Below are positions 9,473 to 17,447 of a DNA stretch of 34,957 bases, piece by piece. Every line of letters starts with the position of its first letter. Positions within the stretch are counted from its first letter, which is position 1. The translations under genes were made by a program, and so were the position numbers. The stretch is from positions 1 through 34,957 of IMG/VR virus record IMGVR_UViG_3300029085_000005; one strand, 5' to 3'. This stretch comes from a virus (taxonomy: Duplodnaviria; Heunggongvirae; Uroviricota; Caudoviricetes). The notes under the pieces were generated by a model. It was not told where the DNA came from and searched no databases. It saw only the letters and a list, made by a program, of their open reading frames with translations.

Positions 9473-9898
9473 ATGGCAAAAGTATTTACACAAGAAGAGC
9501 GGGAAAAAATTAAAGGGCAGGTTGTTGAACTTGTACGTCTGAGCGGTCGCGAGACGTTGCGGCAACTGGAAGCCAAGACAGGTGCGACAAGATATCTGAT
9601 GAGTGTTCTCGCCAGAGAGCTGGTTGCCAGTGGCGATGTATACAACTCTGGTTACGGGTTATTCCCGTCTGAACAGGCGCGTAAGGACTGGCAAAATGCT
9701 CGCAAAAAACTCTCAAGGGCAAAGGTGAAGAAACCTGCAGTGGTTGATCCGGACCTTATCTGGTCGTTACCAGACGGCGAAATACGCCGCTACGACAGGC
9801 GCCTGAATATAATCTGTCGCGAGTGCCGGAAGAGCGAAGCTATGCAGCGTGTACTGGCATTTTATCAAGGAAATGTTAGGTATTTTAGACGTTACTAG
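9473..9898 (+). CDS. hypothetical protein (winged-helix-like)
   Basis: ORF 9458..9898 with probable ATG start at MAKVFTQEE...; contains TLRQLEAKTGATRYLMSVLARELVASGDV, similar in pattern to the preceding ORF. Confidence 0.4.
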   Translation: MAKVFTQEEREKIKGQVVELVRLSGRETLRQLEAKTGATRYLMSVLARELVASGDVYNSGYGLFPSEQARKDWQNARKKLSRAKVKKPAVVDPDLIWSLPDGEIRRYDRRLNIICRECRKSEAMQRVLAFYQGNVRYFRRY

Positions 9899-10051
9899 AT
9901 TAAAGAGCATTAGTTCAGATGTGAATTGACATTTTCATGGCGCAGGGTAGAGCCAGCGTGGTTGTCCGCTTTGCGTCAAAACCAGATATTACCAGATTTA
10001 GACATATATTCCCGATAGCCCTGCTCTGATGCTACACTCTGTGCTATTTTC

Positions 10052-10738
10052 ATGACCCCAATAAAAATATTTATGACTATTGCTGATTTCAAACGGCCTA
10101 AATTGGAGCTCCCAAACGGGGCAAACAAACTACTACTGCACTCTTGCTGTGCTCCATGTTCCGGTGAAGTGATGGAGGCGCTTCAGGCCTCGGGAATCGA
10201 CTACACCATCTTTTTCTACAACCCGAACATTCATCCTCAGAAAGAGTATTTAATTCGTAAGGATGAAAATATTCGCTTTGCTGAACAACACGGCGTGCCG
10301 TTTATCGATGCTGATTACGACACCGACAACTGGTTTGAACGTGCCAAAGGAATGGAATGGGAGCCTGAGAGGGGGATCCGTTGTACCATGTGTTTTGACA
10401 TGCGTTTTGAGCGGACAGCGTTGTACGCTGCTGAAAATGGTTTCAGTGTGATCAGCAGTTCACTGGGCATTTCACGCTGGAAAAATATGCAGCAGGTTAA
10501 CGAGTGTGGGCGGCGAGCTGTTGCGCATTATCCGGGTATGGTGTACTGGGATTATAACTGGCGCAAGCAGGGCGGCTCGTCCCGTATGATTGAAATCAGC
10601 AAGCGCGAAAAATTCTATCAGCAGGAATATTGTGGCTGTGTGTATTCTCTGCGCGATACCAATCTACACCGCAAATCTCAGGGACGCCCTCTTATCAAAA
10701 TTGGCCAACTCCACTACGGAAAAGAAGAGAAGGAGTGA
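10052..10738 (+). CDS. QueH-like (DUF208) putative epoxyqueuosine reductase
   Basis: 228-aa ORF with [11 protein letters not shown] near the N-terminus and EYCGCVYS near the C-terminus, the Cys pattern I associate with the DUF208/QueH family; flanked by intergenic regions with promoter-like hexamers (stand-alone moron). Confidence 0.55.
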   Translation: MTPIKIFMTIADFKRPKLELPNGANKLLLHSCCAPCSGEVMEALQASGIDYTIFFYNPNIHPQKEYLIRKDENIRFAEQHGVPFIDADYDTDNWFERAKGMEWEPERGIRCTMCFDMRFERTALYAAENGFSVISSSLGISRWKNMQQVNECGRRAVAHYPGMVYWDYNWRKQGGSSRMIEISKREKFYQQEYCGCVYSLRDTNLHRKSQGRPLIKIGQLHYGKEEKE

Positions 10739-10918
10739 TTTTATGGATCACCTTTCTGATTGATTTCATATTGGCGAGGTGACGTGAGTTAAGTAGAATG
10801 GCTGCGGGTGCTTGAGGCTATCTGTCTCAGGCATGAACACTGAAAGGCAGATAGAGAAAAGCCCCAGTTAACATTTCGCGTCCTGCAAGACGCTTAACAT
10901 TAATCTGAGGCCCAATCT

Positions 10919-11131
10919 ATGTCTCACAAATGTAGGTTAGCCTCTTACGTGCCGAAAGGCAAGGGGAAGCAGGCTATGAAGCAGCAAAAGGCGATGTTAA
11001 TCGCCCTGATCGTCATCTGTTTAACCGTCATAGTGACGGCACTGGTAACGAGGAAAGACCTCTGCGAGGTACGACTCCGAACCGGCCAGACGGAGGTCGC
11101 TGTCTTCACAGCTTACGAACCTGAGGAGTAA
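10919..11131 (+). CDS. mok-like overlapping reading frame of a hok/sok-type locus
   Basis: 70-aa ORF starting 57 nt upstream of, and in frame with, the Hok-like ORF, as mok does for hok. Confidence 0.4.
   Translation: MSHKCRLASYVPKGKGKQAMKQQKAMLIALIVICLTVIVTALVTRKDLCEVRLRTGQTEVAVFTAYEPEE
10976..11131 (+). CDS. hok: Hok/Gef-family type I toxin (51 aa)
   Basis: MKQQKAMLIALIVICLTVIVTALVTRKDLCEVRLRTGQTEVAVFTAYEPEE: N-terminal TM segment, the conserved RK.LCE.R motif and VAAF/VAVF..YE tail of Hok proteins. Confidence 0.75.
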   Translation: MKQQKAMLIALIVICLTVIVTALVTRKDLCEVRLRTGQTEVAVFTAYEPEE

Positions 11132-11189
11132 GAGACCTGGCGGGGGAGAAATCCCTCGCCACCTCTGATGTGTCAGGCATCCTCAACGC

Positions 11190-11230
11190 ACCCGCACTTA
11201 ACCCGGTTCGGCGGGTTTTGTTTTTTTCTG
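11190..11230 (+). terminator. GC hairpin plus T-run downstream of hok (probable mRNA 3' fold and terminator)
   Basis: cccgcacttaacccggttcggcgggttttgttttttt read in sequence; coordinates approximate. Confidence 0.4.
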
Positions 11231-11298
11231 GCATTCTGGTTTACAATTCGCACGTCAGCCTGAACACCTGACACCTGCTGCGCCAGCAGAGAAAACAG

Positions 11299-11571
11299 AT
11301 GGCGCACAAAACCAAATTTCACAATTCTGATACCGACCTTGCCATCCGGCATGGGCGGCGTTCACACGCATTTAAAACCGACTGGTACCAACACCCACCA
11401 TGTACTGAAGAACAGGCCGAATGGCTAATTCATAACTACCGCAGACGCGGATACGAGATTAAGAAAGCCCTCAGCCTCGATTATCGTCACTGGATAATCT
11501 CCGTCAGGCTTCCTTACTCTGAACGCCCACCGCGTCCGTCCCGCACATTCCAGCAACGCATCTGGAGGTAA
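11299..11571 (+). CDS. hypothetical protein
   Basis: 90-aa ORF directly upstream of, and overlapping the start of, the DUF968 gene; no family recognised. Confidence 0.35.
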   Translation: MAHKTKFHNSDTDLAIRHGRRSHAFKTDWYQHPPCTEEQAEWLIHNYRRRGYEIKKALSLDYRHWIISVRLPYSERPPRPSRTFQQRIWR

Positions 11572-11572
11572 C

Positions 11573-12631
11573 GTGCGGGTATTACTTCGACCTGTTCTGG
11601 TACCGGAACTCGGGCTGGTGATCGTTAAGCCGGGCCGTGAATCCATGCCGGTATTCCACAATACCCGGGTACTGGTGGAGCCGGAACCGAAAAGCATGCG
11701 TAATCTGCCGTCCGGGGTCGTTCCTGCCGTTCGCCAGCCGCTGGCGGAGGATAAATCATTACTGCCATTTTTCAGCGACGAACGAGTGATTCGTGCTGCT
11801 GGTGGCGCTGGCGCATTGTCTGACTGGTTACTGCGCCATGTTAAATCCTGCCAGTGGCCACACGGCGATTATCACCACAGTGAAACCGTCATTCACCGTT
11901 ATGGTACCGGCGCAATGGTGTTGTGCTGGCACTGCGACAACCAGTTGTGTGACCAGACCTCAGAATCACTTGAGCAACTTGCTCACCAAAACTTGTCAGC
12001 ATGGATGATTGACGTCATCCGTCACGCAATCAGCGGTACGCAGGAGAGGGAGTTATCGCTGGCCGAATTATCCTGGTGGGCGGTCTGCAATCAGGTGGCT
12101 GATGCGCTTCCGGAGTCTGTATTGTGTCGTTCACTGGGATTACCGGTGGAAAAAATCCGCTCCGTATACCGTGAGAGTGACATCGTACCGGGAGAACAGA
12201 CTGCCACCAGCATACTGAAGCAGCGCACAAAAAATATTGCGCTGCCACTTCACGTCCACCAGCAACAGCCCCCACTCCAGGAAAAGACGTTAGTAAGCAT
12301 CGCCGTTGATCCGGAGTCTCCGGCTCAGTATCTCCAGCGCCAGAAACCACAACGGGAAGAGATGCCTGTATACACGCGCTGGGTAAAAACGCAGAAATGC
12401 ATGACGTGCGGTAATCAGGCAGATGATCCGCATCACATCATTGGTCATGGCCTGGGAGGTATGGGAACAAAGGCTGATGATTTGTTTGTTATTCCGCTGT
12501 GCCGTAAATGTCATAACGAACTGCACGCCGGGGTAAAAGATTTTGAAGAAAAACACGGCAGCCAGCTGTTGTTGCTGATTCGTTTTTTAATGCACGCGAG
12601 AAATTCGGGTGTCCTGAAGTGGAAAGCATGA
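11573..12631 (+). CDS. DUF968 family protein (YdfU-like) with C-terminal HNH-like Cys/His motif
   Basis: 352-aa ORF, GTG start preceded by GGAGG; C-terminus CMTCGNQADDPHHIIGHG...CRKCHNELH; overall similarity to the Qin YdfU-type protein from memory. Confidence 0.65.
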   Translation: MRVLLRPVLVPELGLVIVKPGRESMPVFHNTRVLVEPEPKSMRNLPSGVVPAVRQPLAEDKSLLPFFSDERVIRAAGGAGALSDWLLRHVKSCQWPHGDYHHSETVIHRYGTGAMVLCWHCDNQLCDQTSESLEQLAHQNLSAWMIDVIRHAISGTQERELSLAELSWWAVCNQVADALPESVLCRSLGLPVEKIRSVYRESDIVPGEQTATSILKQRTKNIALPLHVHQQQPPLQEKTLVSIAVDPESPAQYLQRQKPQREEMPVYTRWVKTQKCMTCGNQADDPHHIIGHGLGGMGTKADDLFVIPLCRKCHNELHAGVKDFEEKHGSQLLLLIRFLMHARNSGVLKWKA

Positions 12632-12994
12632 ATGACTGAACGCATAGAATTTGTTTTGCCTTACCCGCCGACGGTGAATACCTACTGGCGACGTCATGGC
12701 AATACGTATTTCATCTCGGAGGCCGGAAAGCGTTATCGCCGTGATGTGGCGCTAATTGTTCGCCAGCAGCGGCTGAAATTAAACCTGTCCGGAAGGCTGG
12801 CGATAAAGGTGATTGCAGAGCCACCGGATAAGCGTCGTCGCGACCTGGACAATATCCTGAAAGCACCGCTGGATGCGCTGACGCATGCGGGAGTGTTAAT
12901 GGACGATGAGCAGTTTGATGAAATCAATATCGTTCGTGGTCAGCCAGTATCTGGTGGACGTCTGGGGGTGAAGATTTACCCCATAATGCATTAA
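12632..12994 (+). CDS. rusA: RusA Holliday junction resolvase
   Basis: 120 aa; VLPYPPTVNTYWR...RRRDLDNILKAPLDALTHAGVLMDDEQ matches the RusA signature including the catalytic Asp cluster; start overlaps the stop of the upstream gene. Confidence 0.85.
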   Translation: MTERIEFVLPYPPTVNTYWRRHGNTYFISEAGKRYRRDVALIVRQQRLKLNLSGRLAIKVIAEPPDKRRRDLDNILKAPLDALTHAGVLMDDEQFDEINIVRGQPVSGGRLGVKIYPIMH

Positions 12995-13008
12995 GAGCAG
13001 GTCAAAAA

Positions 13009-13830
13009 ATGAAACTGGAAGATTTACCGAAATACTACTCCCCAAAATCCCCTGGCCTGACCGATGCATCGGCCTCAACGTCAAAAGATGCGCTGAGTAT
13101 CACTGATGTGATGGCCGCGCAGGGCATGACACAGAATCGGGCTGAGATGGGTTTTTCTGCGTTCCTGGGGAAAATGGGCATCAGTATGAATGACAGGGCG
13201 CGGGCAACAGAATTACTGGCAGATTATGCACTCAGTCGGTGCGATCGTGTGGCGGCGTTGAGAAAACTTCCGGCAGAAATAAAACCGGTAGTGATGCGCA
13301 TTATGGCTTCGTACGCTTTTGAGGATTATGCCCGCAGCGCAGCGAGTAAAAAGCAGTGCCCTTGTTGCTATGGGGAAAAATTTATTGAAAGCGTAGTTTT
13401 TACAAACAAGGTCCAGTATCCGGATGGTAAGCCGCCGGTATGGGCAAAGTGTACGAAAGGTGTGTATCCGTCTTACTGGGAAGAATGGAAAAAAGTCAGG
13501 GAGGTGGTAAAAGTTGCCTGTCCGGAGTGTGGCGGAAAGGGTGAGGTTTCCACCGCCTGTAAGGATTGCCGTGGGCGTGGTGTCGCCATTCATCGTGAAG
13601 AGTCGGTAAAACGTGGTATGCCTGTTATCAGAGACTGCCAGCGTTGTGGTGGTCGTGGCTGTGAAAGACTACCATCAACGGAGGCATTTAATGCCATACG
13701 CAAAGTGACGAGTGCTATCACGCTTGATACGTGGAAAAAATCAGTGAAACGCTTTTACGATACGTTGGTGGTTCGGTTTGACATTGAAGAGGCATGGGCG
13801 GAGCGGCAGTTAAAGAGGGTAACGCGATAG
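13009..13830 (+). CDS. Q: late-gene antiterminator Q (lambda Q family, zinc-binding)
   Basis: N-terminus MKLEDLPKYYSPKSP...DVMAAQGM parallels lambda Q MRLESVAKFHSPKSP...DVMAAMGM; multiple CxxC pairs; immediately followed by a PR'/qut-like sequence. Confidence 0.8.
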   Translation: MKLEDLPKYYSPKSPGLTDASASTSKDALSITDVMAAQGMTQNRAEMGFSAFLGKMGISMNDRARATELLADYALSRCDRVAALRKLPAEIKPVVMRIMASYAFEDYARSAASKKQCPCCYGEKFIESVVFTNKVQYPDGKPPVWAKCTKGVYPSYWEEWKKVREVVKVACPECGGKGEVSTACKDCRGRGVAIHREESVKRGMPVIRDCQRCGGRGCERLPSTEAFNAIRKVTSAITLDTWKKSVKRFYDTLVVRFDIEEAWAERQLKRVTR

Positions 13831-13834
13831 TGTT

Positions 13835-13885
13835 GTTGATTTTTCCCGAATCTGTGGTAAATTTGCTCTAACGATGGGCGTTTTA
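13835..13885 (+). promoter_or_regulatory. late promoter PR' with qut/pause element
   Basis: TTGATT (-35), 17-nt spacer, TAAATT (-10), followed by TTGCTCTAACGATGGGCG, which closely resembles the lambda PR' pause/qut region as I recall it. Coordinates approximate. Confidence 0.6.
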
Positions 13886-13911
13886 TGCCTGACGTTAGAA
13901 GATTTTTTACA

Positions 13912-13935
13912 CCCCGCCGCCTGGCGGGTTTTTTA
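13912..13935 (+). terminator. intrinsic terminator (tR'-like)
   Basis: ccccgccgcctggcgggtttttta: GC stem cccgcc/ggcggg with a 4-nt loop and a T-tract, about 45 nt downstream of the PR' -10. Confidence 0.65.
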
Positions 13936-14056
13936 TGACTGAAATCGCGTCAGTACAGTAAACGCGCTGGTGGCGGTGAATACCTGTCTTTCAGCTTGCT
14001 GGCTTTTTCGACAAGAGTTATTGGTGTGTCACGTTAACCGGAAAAGGGAAAAAGAC

Positions 14057-14254
14057 ATGCTAAAACAGCAGGATATGACAGAAACCGCCAGAGTAGTGTT
14101 TAATGAATTAAGAGTTACCGAACCGGCGACAGTCGGGGAGATAGCGCAGAATACTTACCTTTCACGCGAACGCTGCCAGTTAATACTGACCCAGCTGGTT
14201 ATGGCGGGTCTGGCAGACTATCAGTTCGGTTGTTACAGACGCCTTCCGCAGTGA
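14057..14254 (+). CDS. small winged-helix-like protein (about 65 aa) upstream of the methyltransferase
   Basis: Internal ATG of ORF 13970..14254 preceded by AAAAGGGAAAAAG; TVGEIAQNTYLSRERCQLILTQLVMAGLADY resembles a wH/HTH. Confidence 0.45.
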   Translation: MLKQQDMTETARVVFNELRVTEPATVGEIAQNTYLSRERCQLILTQLVMAGLADYQFGCYRRLPQ

Positions 14255-14404
14255 AGGCTTTTTTATTTGTGGTAAATGGGCGGCTGGTGGGTGTTAGGGG
14301 CACCCACCAGCCATCTGCTCATGCGTTGGGTTCACAAGCAAACCTCAGGCCCACTGCTTTGCGCAAAAGCAGAATGAGCCTATCAGAGACAGGCTTAATG
14401 ATCC

Positions 14405-15456
14405 ATGCTTAATACTGTAAAAATATCCAGTTGTGAGTTAATCAACGCCGACTGCCTGGAATTTATCCGGTCGTTACCCGAAAATTCTGTTGACCTGATA
14501 GTCACGGACCCGCCGTACTTTAAAGTGAAGCCTGAGGGCTGGGATAACCAGTGGAAGGGCGACGATGATTACCTGAAGTGGCTGGACCAGTGTCTGGCGC
14601 AGTTCTGGCGGGTGCTGAAACCTGCCGGAAGTCTTTACCTGTTCTGTGGTCATCGCCTGGCATATCTGATATCGAAATCATGATGCGTGAACGCTTCAGT
14701 GTGCTGAACCATATTATCTGGGCGAAGCCGTCCGGACGCTGGAACGGATGCAACAAGGAAAGCCTGCGGGCGTATTTCCCCGCCACAGAGCGCATTCTGT
14801 TCGCGGAACATTATCAGGGGCCGTATCGTCCGAAAGATGCCGGGTATGCGGTGAAGGGCAGTGCACTGAAACAGCATGTGATGGCCCCGCTGATTTCTTA
14901 CTTTCGTGATGCGCGCGCGGCCCTGGGGATAACGGCAAAACAGATTGCAGATGCCACAGGAAAGAAAAACATGGTGTCGCACTGGTTCAGTGCCAGTCAG
15001 TGGCAGCTACCGAACGAAAGCGATTATCTGAAATTACAGTCGCTGTTTGCCCGGGTGGCAGAAGAGAAACATCAGCGCGGTGAACTGGAAAAGCCCCACC
15101 ACCAGCTGGTGGATACGTATACGTCACTGAACCGGCAGTATGTGGAGCTGCAGAGTGAATATAAGCATCTGCGGCGGTATTTTGGTGTGACGGCGCAGGT
15201 GCCGTACACGGATGTGTGGACACATAAACCGGTGCAGTTCTATCCCGGGAAACATCCGTGCGAAAAACCGGCAGAAATGCTGCAGCAGATAATCAGCGCA
15301 AGTAGCCGTCCTGGTGATCTGGTTGCGGATTTTTTCATGGGGTCGGGTTCAACGGTAAAAGCGGCGATGGCACTGGGGCGTCGTGCGATTGGTGTTGAGC
15401 TGGAGACCGGACGTTTTGAGCAGACAGTCAGGGAAGTTCAGGATTTAATCGTTTGA
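14405..15456 (+). pseudogene. beta-class DNA amino-methyltransferase (N6-adenine or N4-cytosine), interrupted by a +1 frameshift
   Basis: ORF 14405..14683 carries motif IV DLIVTDPPYF and LKPAGSLYLFCGH; ORF 14578..15456, in the +1 frame and overlapping by about 100 nt, carries the rest including motif I DFFMGSGST near the C-terminus. Together they make one methyltransferase of about 350 aa. Confidence 0.65.
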
Positions 15457-15505
15457 AACGGATGAGATTGCAGAATTAATTACGCACCATTATTATTCTG
15501 CTCCC

Positions 15506-15581
15506 GGCCCTTTAGCTCAGTGGTGAGAGCGAGCGACTCATAATCGCCAGGTCGCTGGTTCAAATCCAGCAAGGGCCACCA
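15506..15581 (+). tRNA. tRNA-Ile2 (anticodon CAU, ileX/ileZ-like)
   Basis: ggccctttagctcagtggtgagagcgagcgactcataatcgcc...ggttcaaatccagcaagggccacca: perfect 7-bp acceptor stem, CAU anticodon in a 7-nt loop, T-loop TTCAAAT, CCA end. Closely resembles E. coli tRNA-Ile2 from memory; elongator Met is not formally excluded. Confidence 0.7.
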
Positions 15582-15588
15582 TCACATA

Positions 15589-15665
15589 CCGCCATTAGCT
15601 CATCAGGAAAGAGCGCCAGCCTTCGAAGCTGGTTGCGCGGAGTTCGGGTCCCCGAAGGCGGTCCA
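15589..15665 (+). tRNA. tRNA-like element, Arg(UCG)-type anticodon arm, degenerate acceptor and T arms
   Basis: Perfect anticodon stem ccagc/gctgg with loop cttcgaa (anticodon UCG), D-arm gctc...gagc and terminal CCA, but one A-A mismatch in the acceptor stem, one A-C mismatch in the T stem and a non-canonical T-loop ttcgggt. Coordinates approximate. Confidence 0.4.
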
Positions 15666-15678
15666 TTATCTGTATCCT

Positions 15679-15755
15679 GCGTTGTTAGCTCAGCCGGACA
15701 GAGCAATTGCCTTCTAAGCAATCGGTCACTGGTTCGAATCCAGTACAACGCGCCA
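15679..15755 (+). tRNA. tRNA-Arg (anticodon UCU, argU-like)
   Basis: gcgttgttagctcagccggacagagcaattgccttctaagcaatcggtcactggttcgaatccagtacaacgcgcca: perfect acceptor stem, loop cUUCUAa, canonical T-loop GTTCGAATC, CCA end. Confidence 0.75.
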
Positions 15756-15801
15756 CACTTATTTTCCCTGGCTCGCTTTTGTGGGCCTTTTTTTTAAATG
15801 T

Positions 15802-16020
15802 CTCACAATTTAGGCGGTTGACTGTTGTCTGGTTTGCGGGGAGTTTGTTAAAAGAAACTGGCATGGTGAATCCCCCTGTGCGGAGGGGCAATCAGCGAGT
15901 AGGTATATGGGATAATCGCGGATTCAGGTGCTGGTACTGAATTCACCGGGAGGCACCCGGCACCATGCAATGGCACATAGCGCCACTCTCCAGCCCCTCT
16001 CCGGAGGGGCTTTTCTGTGC
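15802..16020 (+). repeat. structured non-coding module, copy A (promoter-like hexamers, two GC hairpins, terminal intrinsic terminator)
   Basis: Begins ctcacaatt; contains gttgactgttg, gcatggtgaatccccctgtgcggaggggc (hairpin), ctgaattcaccgggaggcacccggcaccatg (hairpin), and ends gcccctctccggaggggcttttctg. No credible ORF. Coordinates approximate. Confidence 0.5.
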
Positions 16021-16204
16021 CGGATACATCACAGTTTCTGGAACCTTAGGTACTACAGTATCAGTCAGGGTGCTATATTTTCAGATGTGATGAAAGCCTG
16101 TCAGCAGGCAGGGCGTATCGGAAATGACCCAGTAGAGAAAACGTTGACTCAGATACCGGTGCTGAGTTACCGGGAAACCGGCATCACATGACCGCTATCC
16201 TTCC

Positions 16205-16231
16205 AGGCCCATCCGCTCCGGTGGGCCTTTT
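16205..16231 (+). terminator. intrinsic terminator between the two modules
   Basis: ggcccatccgctccggtgggccttttt: 6-bp GC stem with T-tract. Confidence 0.5.
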
Positions 16232-16269
16232 TACTGCAGAAAACAGGTTCCCCGTTAAATGCTATGTTG

Positions 16270-16508
16270 CTCACAATTCAGTAAGTTGACAGTTGCCTGT
16301 CAGACTGGGCATTTGTTAAAAAAATTTCGCATGGTGAATCCCCCTGAGCGGAGGGGCGACTGGTGACGGTATAATCTCTGATTATCAAAACGAGAATGAC
16401 GCGGGTTTAGTGGCACCGGGCTGAACTCACCGGGAGGCACCCGGCACCATGTGCATGATGATACAGATACGCGGCTTTAGCCCCTCTCCGGAGGGGTTTT
16501 CTTGTGGG
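16270..16508 (+). repeat. structured non-coding module, copy B (paralogue of copy A)
   Basis: Begins ctcacaatt; TTGACA inside the palindrome tgacagttgcctgtca; gcatggtgaatccccctgagcggaggggc; consensus TATAAT (ggtgacggtataatc); ctgaactcaccgggaggcacccggcaccatg; ends gcccctctccggaggggttttcttg. Blocks collinear with copy A, variable sequence between them. Confidence 0.5.
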
Positions 16509-16731
16509 CAAAAAAAGCCCGCGCTGGGAGACGCGGGCGGCAAGGAATAAACAATAAAACGTGAAGTAATATTTCAGCTGGCGAATAATACCCCATAGTA
16601 ATCACTCTGCGCAACTGCGCGGTCTTTTTCGAATTGCGGGCTGTCGTCTCTCTTCTGCCATTGTCCTGTAACTTCCGGACTTCAGCCCGCTCCTTATTTT
16701 ACTCACAATATTATCCCGGCCGGGAGGATTC

Positions 16732-16959
16732 ATGGCATTTAAACACTATGACGTGGTCAGGGCGGTATCGCCGTCAGACCTTGCGAAACGACTGACACAA
16801 AAACTGAAGGAGGGCTGGCAGCCGTTTGGTAGTCCGGTGGCCATAACCCCTTATACCCTGATGCAGGCGATTGCAGCAGAAGGTGATGTGGTGGTCAGTG
16901 GTGCAACTGAGCCGGATTGGTACTACGTCATCGTACTGGCCGGGCATTCCAGGCCATAA
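16732..16959 (+). CDS. small hypothetical protein upstream of the holin (possibly DUF1737-like)
   Basis: 75-aa ORF preceded by GGGAGGA; the family call is a weak recollection only. Confidence 0.4.
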   Translation: MAFKHYDVVRAVSPSDLAKRLTQKLKEGWQPFGSPVAITPYTLMQAIAAEGDVVVSGATEPDWYYVIVLAGHSRP

Positions 16960-17227
16960 AAGACGGTCTGGCAGTGGGACTAAATGCACTGACGCTGACG
17001 GATATTACCAAAAATGCAACGTATGGCGTTGAGATAGAAAGTCTGGTGCTGGAGATAAATGCACCGGCATCATCATAAAAAGTGAGCCAGTCAAATGGAA
17101 GGTATCGTTAAACTCACCGGTAGTGTCAGTGGGTCGTCTGAGACGCCTGCATGAGTTATCAGAGCCATCAGTACTTAACTGGTGGCTTTTTTATTGTTGT
17201 CAGCTTCCGGATAACGGGAGACGGGGT

Positions 17228-17443
17228 ATGTACCAGATGGAAAAAATCACAACAGGTGTGTCATACACCACGTCAGCGGTGGGAACGGGCTACTGGTTCC
17301 TGCAGTTGCTGGACAGGGTTTCCCCGTCTCAGTGGGCGGCAATAGGCGTGCTGGGGAGTCTGCTGTTTGGGCTGCTGACATATCTGACTAACCTGTATTT
17401 CAAAATCAAAGAGGACCGGCGTAAGGCGGCGCGGGGAGAGTAA
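17228..17443 (+). CDS. S: class II holin, S21-like pinholin with dual-start motif
   Basis: Internal Met of ORF 17123..17443 gives [71 protein letters not shown] (71 aa, two TM segments, Met1/Met4 dual start, charged C-terminus), closely resembling phage 21 S21 from memory. Confidence 0.8.
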   Translation: MYQMEKITTGVSYTTSAVGTGYWFLQLLDRVSPSQWAAIGVLGSLLFGLLTYLTNLYFKIKEDRRKAARGE

Positions 17444-17447
17444 AGTG

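Noticed and set aside
13970-14056. Longer start for the small winged-helix ORF at 13970
   Set aside because: The upstream portion overlaps the tR' region, and the internal ATG at 14057 has a purine-rich RBS, so the shorter product is favoured.
15560-15891. Minus-strand ORFs 15560..15748 and 15685..15891, and plus-strand ORF 15707..15940
   Set aside because: They overlap the tRNA genes and the structured module; no RBS; translations are not protein-like.
15928-16191. ORF 15928..16191 and the micro-ORFs beginning MVNPP.RRG inside the repeated modules
   Set aside because: The ORF spans hairpin and terminator sequence; the micro-ORFs are 11 and 23 codons without an RBS and diverge immediately after the shared hairpin, so the conservation is more likely at RNA or DNA level.
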